A DNA stretch of 64,000 bases, taken from contig JBNRSN020000024.1 of NCBI GenBank assembly GCA_051313645.2, forward strand, positions 74,028,001 to 74,092,000, written 5' to 3'. Positions within the stretch are counted from its first letter, which is position 1; every line of letters begins with the position of its first letter. The DNA is from Centroscyllium fabricii (taxonomy: Eukaryota). Below the pieces are notes generated by a model. That model had not been told where the DNA came from and made no database searches. It was given only the letters and a program-made list of their open reading frames with translations. Both the position numbers and the translations under genes were made by a program. Positions 1 to 13,053 of the stretch are shown here, one piece after another.

Positions 1-435
1 CCGGCAAAAGAGCCTGGCACTCGAGAGAAGTGCCGGGCTCACGGAGCACAGCTGGCACTCCGCGGGGGGGCTGGTCAGGAGGCCGGGGACGGCAGAGGGG
101 GAGGATGTTGGCAGGCGGCCAGCAACAAAAATGGCCGCCCGGCACCTCTGCTTTAATTTGCGCTCCCCCGGCTGCAAGTACGCCCCCCTGACCCTGTTGG
201 ACATAGCGTCCGGCAGTAAGTCAGGGGGCGCGAACAGGACGCTGCGCATGGCGATGACGTCATCGCTGGCGGTGCAGCACCATGGGGGCACGAACGGCTA
301 CCGCCGCCGCCAGCATCCTGCTGAATTTCACGGGCGGCGTGGGTAGTGCCACGCCCAGGCGCTAGGTGCTTTGCGCCCCATTAGTGCCCCTCCTAGGCCG
401 CTAACGGCTGGCGCAAGCGACCGAATGTTTCCCCC
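1..435. mobile_element. End of a GC/CpG-rich non-autonomous DNA element (shark MITE-like), truncated by the window start
   Basis: CpG-rich block ends abruptly at ...GACCGAATGTTTCCCCC before AT-rich flank; resembles termini of elasmobranch GC-rich MITEs; other terminus not visible. Confidence 0.4.
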
Positions 436-879
436 AATGACTTTCCAAAAGATTCAGTATCGATGGCAATGCAGTTCTCTGTCTCTGGATATCAGGAATA
501 TTTAAATATTTTTAAAAGACAAGATTCATAAAAAATTTTAAAAAATGTCCCAGTGGCTCAGTGAGCGACTGGATTGTGTAGTTTGTTACAAAACAACTCG
601 GGTTAAGGAGCTCCCAGACTTGAGGCCTGGTCTGCATTCAGTTCACTGATCTTGTTCAGGAACGTGGTCCGGGTCCTCCAGTTGACTTTCCTGGGCTAGG
701 GAGGGGACGACCAAGACTGGGCATTGGCTCTGGCTTTGAATTACTGTCCATTGGCTCAGATGGGAAATATACATGAGTGTGGGTGTCATGAAAGGACATG
801 TTCAGGCTTGGCCGCGTTGTGAACCCCGCTCCAACCCCAATCCACCCCATCCCAAGTCAAACATGCTGCTGGGGCTCAA

Positions 880-1495
880 AGATGGTTAAGGAGAGATTTA
901 TTAGAGGTGTTCAAAATTATGAAGGGTTTATATAGAGTAAATATAGGGGAGGCGGTGGCGTAGTGGTTATGTCACAAGACTAGTAAGCCAGAGGCTCAGT
1001 CAAATGCTCTGAGGATATGGGTTCAAATCCCACCACGGCAGCTGGTGGAATTTAAATTCAATAGCAAGCCACTCAGTTGTAAACAACCGCTACGAAAAAA
1101 CAATAAGACTGCAACGGTTCAAGAAGGTGGCTCACCACCATCTTCTCAAGGGCAATTAGGGATGGGCACTAAATGCAGGCCTAGCCAGCCAGCAACGCCC
1201 ACATCCCATCAATGAATAGAAAAAAAAAATAAGGAGAAACTGTTTCCACTGGCAGGAGGGTCAGTAGCCATAGGTCACAGATTGAAGATAATTGTCAAAA
1301 GACCCAGAGAGGAGATGAGGAGAATTATTTTTATGCAGCGAGTTGTTATGATCTGGAATGCACTGCCTGGACAGGTGGTGGAAGCAGATACAATAATAAC
1401 TTTCAAAAGGGAGTTGGATAAATACTTGAAAAGGAAAAATTTGCAGGCTATGGGGAAAGGGCGGGGAAGTGGGGCTAATTGGGTCGCTATTTAAG
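880..1495 (+). mobile_element. CR1/HER1 LINE 3' fragment interrupted by a SINE
   Basis: ORF 1282-1494 MRRIIFMQRVVMIWNALPGQVVEA...FKRELDKYL is the CR1 ORF2 C-terminus; upstream part RGDLLEVFKIMKG at ~890-945. Confidence 0.8.
946..1230 (+). mobile_element. tRNA-derived SINE, internally deleted copy with L2/CR1-type 3' tail
   Basis: A-box-like GGTGGCGTAGTGG, B-box-like GGTTCAAATCCC, tail AAGGGCAATTAGGGATGGGCACTAAATG...CCCACATCCC plus A-run; same family as 10712-11203. Confidence 0.75.
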
Positions 1496-2885
1496 AAAGG
1501 ATGGAGAGAGAAAATGGAGAACTACAGACTTGTTGGCTTCACATCAGTAGTTGAGAAAATGCTGGAATCTATTATAAAGGATGCAATAACTGGGCACTTA
1601 GAAACTAATAGTAAGATTGGGCAGAGTCAACATTGATTTATGAAAGGGAAATTATGTTTAACAAACCTATCAGAGTTCTTTGAAGATGTAACTAGTGGAG
1701 TAGACAAAGGGGAACCGGTAGATGTGGTGTATTTGGATTTTCAGAAGGCCTTCGATAAGGTCCCACATGAGGTTGGTGTACAAAATTAGGGCACATGGAT
1801 TGAGAATTGGTTAACAGACAGAAAACAAAGAATAGGGATAAACAGGCCTTTTTCAGGATGGCAGGCTGTGACTAGTGGGGTGCCGCAAGGATCGGTGCGT
1901 GGGCCCCAGCTATTCACAATCTATATCAATGATTTGGATGAGGGGACTAAATGTAACATTTACAAATTTGCTGATGATACAAAGCTAGGTGGCAGTGCTA
2001 TTTGTGAAGAGGATGTGAAGAGGCTTCAAGGGGATCTCGACAGGCTCAGTGAGTGGACGAGAATATGGCAGATGGAATATAATGTGGATAAATGTGAAGT
2101 TATCCACTTTGGTAGAAAAAACAAAGGCAGAGTATTTCCTAAATGGTGAAAGATTGGGGAATGCAGATGCTCAACGGGACCTGGGTGTCCTTGTACATGG
2201 AGTCACTGAAGTGAAGGTGCAGCAAGCCATTAAGAAGGCAAATTGTATGCTGGCCTTCATTACAAGAGGGTTTGAGTACAAGGGTAAAGAAGTCTTACTC
2301 CAATTATATAGGGCCTTGGTGAGACCACACCTGGAGTACTGTGTACAGTTTTGGTCTCCTTACCTAAGGAAGGATATACTTGCCATAGAGGGAATGCAAC
2401 GAAGGTTCACGAGATTGATTCCTGGGATGGTGGGTCTCGTATGAGAAGAGATTGCATAAACTAGGCCTGTATTGTCTTAAATTCAGAAGAATGAGAGGGG
2501 ATCTCATTGAAGCATGCAAAATTATTACAGGGCTTGATAGGGTGGATGCTGGGAGAATGTTTCCCTTGGCTGGGGAGTCTAGAACCAGTGGCCACAGCCT
2601 CAGGATAAAGGGTGGGTCATTCAGGACTGAGATGAGAAGAAATTTCTTCACACGGAGGGTGGTGAATCTTTGGAATTCTCTACCCCAGAGGGCTGTGGAG
2701 GCTCAGTCATTGGCTATATTGAAAACAGAAGGTCGATAGATTTCTGACTAGTAAGGGCATCAAGGGAAATGGCGATAGGGCCGGTGAATGGAGTTGAGGC
2801 AGAAGATCAGCCATGATCTCATTGAATGGCAGAGCAGGCTCGAAGAGCCAAATGGCCGACTCCTGCTCCTATTTCTTATGTTCTT
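1495..2885 (+). mobile_element. CR1/HER1 LINE, 5'-truncated, degenerate RT and 3' end
   Basis: SGVPQGSV.GPQLFTIYINDL, KFADDTKLGG, LVRPHLEYCVQFWSP, RRNFFTRRVVNLWNSLP across frameshifted ORFs; HER1-type 3' tail. Confidence 0.92.
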
Positions 2886-3372
2886 TCAAAGAGCCGGCAC
2901 AGGCACGATGGGCCGAATGGCCTCCTTCTGTGCTTAAGAAGAACAGACACTTGGATGAGATACTGGAGGGCTGCAGAAATCTGTAAAATTGTACTCCAGG
3001 ACAAGTACAGGTTTTCAGAAGTCGAAAGGAAAAAAAACTGAAAAATAGAGGGGGGAAATTTGTAAGAGGCGCACCTTCTGGGAGTGAGGTGGCCAAAGTA
3101 ATCAGAAGATATAAAGAATGGGATCATCAGCCATTATAGGTGAACAAAGGAAAAGTTAGCAAGATTGCCTTCTCTTGGTTTACCATGGGTTGGCATTCAT
3201 GGTCATAGAGAGGGCCAGGGCCCAAACATGACAGCTCTTTCCATTTAAGCGATGGGACAACTGGAGGCTGAGCTCGGGGTATTTATGCGGCCTAAAACAT
3301 TTTCTTGAAAGGAGCCAGTTCCAAGTGTTTTTGAATTTTAAAATCGACCTCTCTTTCTCATTTCCTTTGCAG

Positions 3373-4112
3373 ACGACTGTGAGCAGCAGGAGGACTGTGC
3401 CCCCATCGAGGCACAAATCAGAGAGAAGGAGTTACAAAATGCAGCGCTAAGAAAAGAACTCCGCCACAAAGAGGCCCTGATAACCGCGCTGGAGGACAGC
3501 ATGAGGAGGAGGGAGCGGCTGTTCCTAGAGGAACTCAAGAGACGGAGTCACAGGATGACCGTGCTGAACAGTGAACTGCAGAAGCAGTCCGAGACTGCGG
3601 CCCATCTCTCGTTTCAGCTGCACAGCGTCAAACAGAAACTAATTAACTCCAGGCAAGGTAATCGGCCTTCTGACAAGCCTAGCGATAAAGCCATCCCTAC
3701 GTCTCCAGTATATACAGCCGTATCGCTGAAAAGGAACCATAAGGTCCATTCCAAACTGACTGATGTCATCTGCACTGACAAAGCAATGGGGACAGACTCC
3801 GTGCGGCAAAGACGACTGGCGGGGTGGGACGAACTGGACCCCATGCCCGACCCGGCACTTTTCCTGCAAGCGAGGTGGCAATATGGCCAACGGCAGAACC
3901 AGGCGACCAGTTTGGCTGCCCCAGTTAGCCAGGAGCGTGGACTTGAGAGCGGGGGCCTTGCTGCGGCATCCCAGATGCCCAGAACTGTAACAAAGGGAAG
4001 CTCAAAGTGTTCGAACATTCTGGGGCCTCCCGCTGAGACGGAGATTCCCCTCACCGACGAGGAAAGCACCGGCGAAGATTTCCAAAAGGGGCGGGAGGGT
4101 TTGCGAAAATAG
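3373..4112 (+). CDS. CCDC92B: Terminal coding exon of coiled-coil domain-containing 92 family gene (CCDC92B-like)
   Basis: Acceptor TTTCTCATTTCCTTTGCAG ends 3372; phase-1 open frame to TAG 4110-4112; coiled coil ALITALEDSMRRRERLFLEELKRRSHRMTVLNSELQKQSETAAHLSFQLH and DPMPDPALFL motif recognised as CCDC92 family; candidate AATAAA 4522-4527; upstream exons outside window. Confidence 0.8.
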
Positions 4113-5094
4113 GGCCGCTTTGTCACGGGTTTTCAAGGTTCACAATCAGTGAAAGGAAAGAACTTGCATTGGCAGAGCGCCTTCTCGTATCAGAAGGGTC
4201 CCAAAGCACGTCACATGCAATGAATTTTCAAATTGGTCACTGTGCAGGCAGATGTGGAGGCCCTTTTGCACAACGCAAGGCCCCACAGCTAGCAATGGGG
4301 TGAATGACCAGTTATTCTTCATCTGCAGCCGCCTGTCTTTATATAGTACAGCGAGACCACACTTCATTAATCTCAAACCCCAACCTGAACCTGGATCTAA
4401 CTAAACCACGTCATAGAAAAGCAGTCTCTCTAAAGTGAAGGGTAGGCAAGGAGATCAGTGGCAAGTTTTACAGAGGTTCCTTGTTAACATCAGGAACCGG
4501 ATCATGAGAAAGATTTATTAAAATAAATCAACGGGTGAGACTATTTTATAATAAATCTTTGAAAATATTACATTTATCCAAACATTTTATTAAAAATCTG
4601 TCTCTAATATTACAAAAACTCTGGCTATGCACACACTTCCTGTACCTCACACTTCAGACATCACTCTAATACACATCTCTGACACACTTGAAAAAATGCA
4701 AAGCAGTAAAAGTAATTATGTAAAACTCAGAGACTCCAGCAACAGAAAACACAAGATGCACAATATGTCCTATGTATGAACTCATTCAGTGATTGCGTAA
4801 CAACAATTAGGCTTTGAAGCCTTAAAGGGACACACACCTACACTTTACCAGCAGAACAGTGTTCCTGCCCTTACAAAGCAGTACCTCTGATTTACCATGA
4901 GTAGGGTCATAAGTCTGGATGATAAAGCCTTGCATCTAGCGCACGGTTTGTTCGTAACCCTCCAGACATCGCCTTCCCGATGTTACACCTCCAGACATCG
5001 CATATTGTCTCAGATGCAAAACAATCTTTAAACAAATCCCCAGGTGCTTCTGGCCTGGACTCTGTGAATTACAAACATTTTCCAATCGTCAGCG

Positions 5095-5182
5095 AACAAC
5101 AATTAGACTCTGCTTACTGACCAACAATTAGACTCTGCTTGCTGACCAACAATTAGACTCTGCTTACTGACCAACAATTAGC
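5095..5182. repeat. Short tandem repeat (~25-bp unit CCAACAATTAGACTCTGCTTACTGA, ~3.5 copies)
   Basis: Directly visible; lies in an unclassified LTR-like stretch ~4540-5370. Confidence 0.85.
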
Positions 5183-5384
5183 TGTAACAACCTTAAATGG
5201 ACACAGGCCCCCCTTAGCAGCAGACTAATACACGGTGCACTCTATGAGCAAACCGTTCTGTTGTTATAACACATCCAACTTACTTACTGCAGTCAATAGC
5301 TCAAGCGGTCAGCTAGTAATAATATAATTGATTCAAATTTCCTCAAAACCAAACGAAACAACACTTCACTGTTTACTTAAAGAA

Positions 5385-5790
5385 AGATTTGCATTATATA
5401 GCGCCTTTCACGACCCCAGGATGTCCCGATGTAATGTAGGAAATGTGGTAGCCGATTTGCGCACAGTAAGCTCCCACAAACAGCAATGTGATAATTAACA
5501 GATAATCTGTTTTAGTTGATTGAGGGATAAATATTTGCCAGGACACCAGGGAGAACTCCCCCCACTCCTCTTCGAAATAGTGCCATGGGATCTTTTACGT
5601 CCATCTGAGCGGCCAGACAGGGCCTCGGTTTAACATCTCATCCGAAAGATGGCACTTCTGACAGTGCAGCACTCCCTCGGCACTGCTGAGTGTCAGCCTA
5701 CATTTTTGTGCTCAAGTCTCCTGGAATGAGCGTATGAACCCTCAACCTTCTGACTCAGAGGCGAGAGCGCTACCCATTGATCCACGGCGG
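5385..5790 (-). mobile_element. DeuSINE-type SINE (SacSINE1/AmnSINE-like)
   Basis: Plus strand GGGATCTTTTACGTCCA...GGCCTCGGTTTAACATCTCATCCGAAAGATGGCAC...TGCAGCACTCCCTC and tRNA-like head ...CTTCTGACTCAGAGGCGAGAGCGCTACCCA. Confidence 0.7.
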
Positions 5791-5920
5791 TTTAAAAGTT
5801 TAAACCAGTCAGAAAGCGTTTCACTGCTAACCACCTATCTCAATTGGCTCGTTTTTCCCAGCAACCGAACACTTTTTTTCTATATATCAGCTGTTTCCCT
5901 CCACACCTCTCAGACTTTTA

Positions 5921-6315
5921 CATAGAAACTAGGAGCAGGAGTAGGAGTAGGCCATTCGGCCCTTCGAGCCTGCTCCGCCATTCAATGAGATCATAGCTGA
6001 TCATTCAAACCCAGCACCCCGCCCTCTCCCCATATCCCTCGATCCCTATCGAGCCTGCACCGACACATATCCCACCCTATCCCCATAACCCCACATATTC
6101 AATCCCCCTAACACTAAGGGTCAATTTATCCTGGCCAATCAACCTAACCCGCACATCTTTGGACTGTGGGAGGAAACCGGAGCACCCGGAGGAAACCCAC
6201 GCAGACACGGGGAGAATGTGCAAACTGCACACAGATAGTACCCGAGGCCGGATTTGAACCCGGGTCTCCAGTGCTGTGAGGCAACAGTGCTAACCACTGC
6301 GCCACTGTGCCGCCC
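5921..6315 (-). mobile_element. HE1-type V-SINE (full length)
   Basis: Head GGGCGGCACAGTGGCGCAGTGGTTAGCACTG, V-domain TTCTCCCCGTGTCTGCGTGGGTTTCCTCCGGGTGCTCCGGTTTCCTCCCACAGTCCAAAGA, HER1-derived tail. Confidence 0.9.
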
Positions 6316-6974
6316 TCTAACTCGCCAGAAGCAATGCCAAGACATGGTCCATCAGTTTCTATATATGTTTGCTTTGGGCGACACACACACAGACATCCTG
6401 GGGGTGAGCGGTGAATTAAATGATGTTTAATCAGATCTGGATTGTTCCGCAGTTACCAGTCAACACTTTCTGATCGCTGCTTAACTAACTCACCTTGAAA
6501 ACCTGACCACTGACGGGAATACATTAACGCTTTGCCCTCACCAGAAATATCCATAAGGGTGGGAGGAGAAAGGTTTGGAGAGGAAATCTCAAGCGTGAAA
6601 GCAAAGGGTTAACATATCCAATAAATCATCTGTCTAATACTGTTCAGTAGAATTGGGCAGTGTTCCTGTTAGTAATTGCGAATAAGGGCCCAACAGATGG
6701 TTTTTTTTCATTATTAGCAAAGTGTATATAAACTGCAGTACCAAAATTCTTATTTGTATAAGCTGGCTTTGATACTGCGATAATCACAGGCACTGCAAAT
6801 GAATTTCCATACTTTCGCAACGTGAAAGCCTCTGTTGAGACTAATATTTAATAGTTTTATCTCTATAGCAAGTTTAAAAAGAACAAAATAAAACAATATC
6901 ACAATTTTCGAAAGGTATGTGTAGATGGAAGTGTGGCCTCCATTGACTCTGATGCCCAAACAATAGCCCATGTG

Positions 6975-7745
6975 ACATAGAAACATAGAAGATAGGAGCA
7001 GGAGTAGGCTATTCGGCCCCTTGAGCCTGTTCCGCCATTCAATGAGATCGTGGCTGATCATCCAAACTCAGTACGGGTTGAGCACCGGTAATCCGGCACC
7101 CGATGGTCCGGCAGCTCCACTGGTTCAGCACGAATCGAAACCGGCGCTCTTCATTTTGCGGAGCACCTGCTCGGTGGCGCCACCGTTTCCTGGGAAGGCT
7201 GGGTGAGCGGCAAAGGCGTCGGGTGTTTGGGTTTCTGTTTTTTCAGGTTTTCTAAGTGTTCTATCCCCGGGCTCCATCGCGGGGAGTGTCCTACCGCGCG
7301 CTCCTCGCCCCGGGGAGTGTTCTACCGCGCACTTCCCCCGAACCTTCAATGGTTTGGAATTTTCAGGCACCAGCCTGGTCCCGAGGGTGCCGGATTAACG
7401 GTGCTCAACCTGTACCCTGTCTTCTCCCCATATTCCTTGATCCCTTCAGCCTTAAGACATATATCTAACTCCTTTTTGAATATATTTAATGAATTGGCCT
7501 CTACTGCCCTCTGTGGTAGAGAATTCTACAGGTTCACCACTCTCTGGGTGAAGAAATTCCTCCTCATCTCTGTCCTAAATGGCTTACCCCTTATCCTTAG
7601 ACTGTGACCCCTGGTTCTGGACTCCCCGACCATCGGGAACATCCTTGCTGCATCTAGTCTGTCTAGCCCTGTTAGAATTTTATAAGCTTCAATGAGATTC
7701 CCTCTCATTCTTCTAAACTCTAGTGAATATAAATCCAATCGATAA
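6975..7745 (-). mobile_element. CR1/HER1 LINE 3' fragment interrupted by a MITE
   Basis: ORF 7526-7738 YSLEFRRMRGNLIEAYKIL...RRNFFTQRVVNL; tail (TTTCTATG)n at ~6975-6995. Confidence 0.85.
7074..7412. mobile_element. Tc1/mariner-pogo (Tigger-like) MITE
   Basis: TIRs CGGGTTGAGCACCGGTAATCCGGCACCC / GGGTGCCGGATTAACGGTGCTCAACCTG; TA duplicated on both sides; removal restores the HER1 tail CAGTA|CCCTG. Confidence 0.85.
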
Positions 7746-8247
7746 TAATAAAATGACCTTGCTGAAGATTTTCTTTCCCCCCTCTGTTGCCAAGTTAAAG
7801 GGGTACTGCCTTCATCTTTATTTTGTTGGGCAAGGAGAAATTCTCCGAAGAGCCAAAGGAGGCAAGCGGGTGGGAAGGTACTTCCAGAGGATTTATGTCA
7901 TCGGCGAGCAAACCATAAAACGATTTGCCCGGAGTTCCCTGCTGGCTCAGTCGGTGCGTGCACTGCACTGCGAGCTGTGCGGCAAAGGAAAATGAGCCGA
8001 AGTCCCTCAAAAACCTCTGCTGGGAAGTGGATGTTGGGTGAGGACGTGACCAGTCTTGACTGTGCTGCCCTTCTGCATGTGAATAGATTACCGACACTCT
8101 GCTCAGACACGCATCATGGTCACTTGAGCAAGGGTACCTAATAGGGCCCCTCTGTTGCTCTATCCCAGGAGGAAGTCAGTACCTTCAGGGGAAAAGGAGA
8201 AAGTAAAGTTAAAATAATTGACAGTTTGAAAAACATGACGGCAGTGA

Positions 8248-8479
8248 TGATGTAATAAAGACTTACCAAGCTCTTGGTGAACATAAAGCAAGGCTTTATT
8301 CAACTTATAACATAACATAAAGAGAGAGAGAGCTAGTTTACAGTCACTATCCTCCTGGTTCCAGATTGTCTCTGTCCAAGGTGGGCCCAGGCCCCAGTAT
8401 TTATACTCCCTGGTCGGCGCCCTCAGGTGGCCGACCAGTAACTCTTCCTAGGTTATTTCGGAAGTCGTGTTTTACGACA
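8248..8479 (-). mobile_element. Solo LTR (Gypsy-type)
   Basis: TG...CA termini, 5-bp TSD AGTGA (8243-8247 and 8480-8484); minus-strand TATAAATA and AATAAA. Confidence 0.8.
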
Positions 8480-9419
8480 AGTGACACTTTAAGAAGTATT
8501 TAGTCACATTCGGTTTCTTGGGATAGAAAAATGAAGGAAAGATGCTCATGTTTATGTTGCAGTAGTTCCCATATCTTAACAGGAAGGTTTCAAGTTATTG
8601 AGATCTTGGTAACCTCCTAATATTTGTTCCCCTCTTTCAAAGTACTTTTTTTTTGTTGAGAGAACCAGTTGTATTCCATAAAAGTAATTTTACAGGAGTG
8701 TTAAAACCACATTAAATTGTACTGCTCCACTGTCGCTTAAACTTACCAGTGAATGTCGAAGGAAAAAGGTAACTAAAATCAGAGCTTTTATATAAAACTG
8801 GCCAAAGTACATATCCAAGGGAAATAACCAGGATAACTATTCCGTACTTATCTCGTGGTGGTTGACTGGAAAATCGGAAGGAGAGGTTGATCTTTCATTT
8901 TTAGCAAATAACTGGGGATTGCCAGTTTCTCTCCGTGATTGTCAAGATGCTAAAGAATTCCCGCAATCAGAAAGAGCAGGTCCCAAAGCTGGACAATCCC
9001 AAAATTGTGTTAGCGGGTCATGAATCATGGAGAGAATCGGGCATTGTCCTCCTCTTCTTTAATAGGAATTTTACCTGAGTGTTTCCCAGTTAGCCAGTGC
9101 TGGGTGGGTGGCACATGGTGGGAAGGACAAAGGGTGGGAGGGACAGAGGGTGGTGGGGGTCATGTCATTACTGCACAGGAGTCTTCCATTTTTTTTTACT
9201 GTAAATGGTACTGAGTTTGGATGATCAGCCATGATCTCATTGAATGGCAGAGCAGGCTCGAGGGGCCGAATAGCCTACTCCTGCTCCTAATTTCTGTGTT
9301 TCTTGCTCCCAGTTTTCTCCCTCCCTCTCCTGGAGGTGCTGACTGGCGCTACAGCAGTTACCCGGGCACCAGCTGACATCTGCTACCTTCGCCAAGTGCC
9401 CGTTCGTCATGTGTGTGCC

Positions 9420-9925
9420 TAGATTCTCAAAGGATGTAATAGCTTTGGGGAGGGTGCAAAGGAGATTCACCAGGATGCTGCCTGGGCTGGGGAGCCTCAG
9501 CTATGAAGAGAGGCTGGACAGGCTGGGGTTTTCCTTGGCGCAGAGAAGGCTGAGGGTGGACCTGATTGAGGTGTACAAAATTATGAGGGGAATAGATAAG
9601 GTGGACGGAGTGGAACTTTTTCCCTTGGTTGAGGGGTCAATAACTAGGGGGCATAATTTTAGGGTAAGGGGCAGGAGATATCGTGGGGATGTGAGGAAGA
9701 ACTTTTTCACCCAGAGGGTGGTTGGAGTCTGGAACTCACTGCCTGAGAGGGTGGTAGAGGCGGGAACCCTCAACATTCAAAAAGCATTTGGATAAGCACT
9801 TGAAATGCCACAGCATACAAGGCTACGGACCAAATGCGGGAAAATGGGACTAGTATAGACTGGGATTGATGGGCGGCACGGACGCGATGGACTGAAGGGC
9901 CTCTTTCTGTGCTGTATTACTCTTT
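9420..9925 (+). mobile_element. CR1 LINE 3' fragment
   Basis: KDVIALGRVQRRFTRMLPGL...YEERLDRLG...RKNFFTQRVVGVWNSLP. Confidence 0.88.
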
Positions 9926-10424
9926 GGTGATGCCTAGACGGTGAATTTCGACTCGCTATTTGTGCCATGGGGCACATCGCAGCGGAGCCCAGTCTTGGGT
10001 TCGCCCGGTACCTACATACTTACCAACAAGGGTGGATTGAACAGTGGTCAGGAGTGGGAAACCCCCCCTTCTCTAGTGCAAGGACCCTGGGGCCATTGTG
10101 ACACCCCTAGTGCCATCCTATTTGCGATCTGCCGAGGCCACAGATTGACTTTGGACCATTTTGGTCTGCATAGCTCAGTACCACATCGGGCAGTGCAGTT
10201 CGAACCTATTGCAGTGATGTAGGTCGTGGGGGTCCTCATGCAATGTGCCTAGGAGCCAGCAAGTAGTTTTGCAGCCCCTGCTCTTGAACAAGCAGACTGT
10301 CCGCCTTCCCTCGCACTGTGAAGCTCAATGGAGACATATCCCGACATCCTCCTTTCCTCTCCGTGCCTGTTTGTTTGCTCTGAAATGTAAGCTAGTTCTG
10401 CCCACAGAGACTGCAGGGGAGATG

Positions 10425-11335
10425 AGAACATAGCATGAGAAATAGGAGCTGGACTAGGCCATACGGCACTTCGAACCTGCCCCGCCATTCAGTAATATCA
10501 TGGCTGATCTTCTACCTCAGCACCACTTTCCCGCCCTATCCCCAGATCCCTGGATTCCCTTAGTGTCCAAAAATCTATCGGTCTCTGTCTTGAGTATACT
10601 TAACGACTGAACATCCACAGCCCTCTGGGATAGAGAATTGCAAAGATTCATAACCCTCTGAGTGAAGAAATTCCTCCTCATCTCAGTCCTAAATGGCCGA
10701 CCCCTTATCCTGAGATGGTGGCGTAGTGGTTATGTCACTAGACTAGTAAGCCAGAGGCTCAGTCAAATGCTCTGAGGATATGGGTTCAAATCTCACCACG
10801 GCAGCTGGTGGAATTTAAATTCAATTCAATTTAATTCTGGAATTAAAATGTTAGTCTTAGTAATGGTGACCATGATACCATTGTCAATTGTTGCAAAAAC
10901 CCATCTGGTTCACTAATGTCCTTTAGGGAAGGAAATCTGCCGTCCTTACCTGTTCTGGCCTACATGTGACTCCAGACCCACAGCAATGTGGTTGACTCTT
11001 AATGCCCTCTGAAATGGCCCAGCAAGCCACTCAGTTGTAAACAACCGCTACGCAACATTGTGGGTGTACCTACACCATATGGACTGCAGCGGTTCAAGAA
11101 GGCGGCTCACCACCATCTTCTCAAGGGCAATTAGAGATGGGCACTAAATGCAGGACTAGCCAGCCAGCGACGCCCACATCCCATCAACGAATTTAAAAAA
11201 AAACTTCGACCCCTAGTGCTGGATCTCCAGCCAGGGGGAAAACAGCCTCTCAGCATCTACCCTGTCAATCCCACTAAGAAGTTTGTATGTTTCAATGAGA
11301 TCACCTCTTATTCTTCAACTCCAGAGAGTATAGGC
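10425..11335 (-). mobile_element. CR1/HER1 LINE 3' fragment split by a SINE
   Basis: Reverse complement of CR1 3' end (GAAGAAATTCCTCCTCATCTCAGTCCTAAATGG...; continues after 11203). Confidence 0.75.
10712..11203 (+). mobile_element. tRNA-derived SINE, near full length, with L2/CR1-type tail
   Basis: A/B boxes (GGTGGCGTAGTGG, GGTTCAAATCTC), central domain, tail and A-run; near-identical ends to 946-1230. Confidence 0.8.
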
Positions 11336-11768
11336 CTGACATCTCGAATATGTAGCCCCCAGTCAGTTAAGAACAAACCTGACTCAGAATGTGCTGCCCT
11401 GTCATGTAGTATCTCAGCATGATTGACAGGCCAAAGCATGAGCCCCGCACAAATGCAATTTACAAGAATAGACCTTAAATTACATTCCGAAAGTGTTCTG
11501 TTTTAAACAGTAAATGGCGAATAAAAGTTTCCTGGGAATGTAATAACAGTGTCTTAATCTAATTGAAAGGTTCAACCAGTCTGATAAAAGAACAAAGCTA
11601 GCGGGTCATTCAAATACTGCCACTGGGTTACCGCCTTGAACTCCTTGCAGTTTCTGGGTTTTTTCTTCATTTAAAAAACTTACCGTTTAATTGCCTTGTA
11701 AGAAGGGCAGGTTTTATTTGACTTTTTCTGTATTGCTGCTGCTTTTAATCGATGCACTCTCATCCCCT

Positions 11769-12152
11769 TAGAAACATAGATAGGAGCAGGATTAGGCCAT
11801 TCAGCCCTTCGAGCCTGCTCCGCCACTCAACGAGATCATGGCTGATCATCCAAACCCAGCACCCCGCTTCTGCCCTCTCCTAATATCCCTCTCGAGCCTT
11901 CACCGACACATATCCCACCCTATCCCCGTAACCCCACATATTCAATCCCCCTAACACTAAGGGTCAATTTATCCTGGCCAATCAACCTAACCCGCACATC
12001 TTTGGACTGTGGGAGGAAACCGGAGCACCCGGAGGAAACCCACGCAGACACGGGGAGAATGTGCAAACTCCACACAGATAGTACCCGAGGCTGGATTTGA
12101 ACCCGGGTCTCCAGTGCTGTGAGGCAACAGTGCTAACCAATGTGCCGCCGTG
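11769..12152 (-). mobile_element. HE1-type V-SINE
   Basis: V-domain and HER1 tail as at 5921-6315. Confidence 0.9.
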
Positions 12153-13053
12153 ATGTGTGACAAGAAAAGGGGGATTTGTGAGTTAATGGGCCCTGGTTTT
12201 AGAGTGACGAGTCCTCAGTACCTTTGGAGACGCGTTATTTGCTGATGGGTTGGGTTAATTTCAACACAAATGTATGTTGGTTGCAGTCAGACAGAAGATG
12301 ACCTTCACTTGCGTTTTGCATTTCCAAGGACCCTTGTAAGATTTTGCTTCAAGGTGCCAAACATTGACCGGATGAGAATGAATTACATGTCCGCCTTGTT
12401 ATACAACGGCAAGCTAGTAAAGGCGCTACCTTCATCACGTGGTGACAGCGACAACCACTGGCAGCTTGTACGTTCTCCTTAACCCTTGAAACGCCATTCC
12501 ATTCTTTCCATTCGGTGCTTTGTTGGTGTTGTTAATTTTTTTTTAATTGTGAGTTGATCTCCTGTGGCATTGCTCCTAGGCAAAAACACTTTAAAAAAAA
12601 TGTTTGACTGTAACTAACTTTCTGCTTCACTTTCTGTAACTGGCTGCTTTTACTCCATTCCGTTAATCTTTCAGGCTCCCACTCTGTCTTTTCTGCTTGT
12701 TTACTGCCCTATCTCTCTCACTCTGCATGCCTCTCACACACTTACCTTGATCTCTCAAGTTCAAAGTATGGTTACAACTTAGACCCGGCAAGTCTTCAGG
12801 GTTTGAACAAGACACATCAAGTAAACACCCCAACTTAAACTCTTCGGACGGTACGGAAACTTGTCTTTGTTTTTTCTTTAAATCTCCATGCCACACCAGC
12901 CAATCTAACTTCGGACTTACCTACCCCTTTTTTGGGGGGGTGGGGGAATTCTCCTGGATACCCTCCCCCGCCCTTTCACACCTGCCTCTGACAGCACAGC
13001 TGACATTGGAAGCTCACTGTATGTGGGCACTCACCTGCGTCCTCTTGGGATTA

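Noticed and set aside
3614-4126. 170-aa minus-strand ORF
   Set aside because: Antisense to the CCDC92-family exon; no independent support
6240-6315. tRNA-like sequences with A/B boxes (also ~950, ~10715, ~12100, ~28760, ~36210)
   Set aside because: SINE heads followed by V-domain or LINE tails, not tRNA genes
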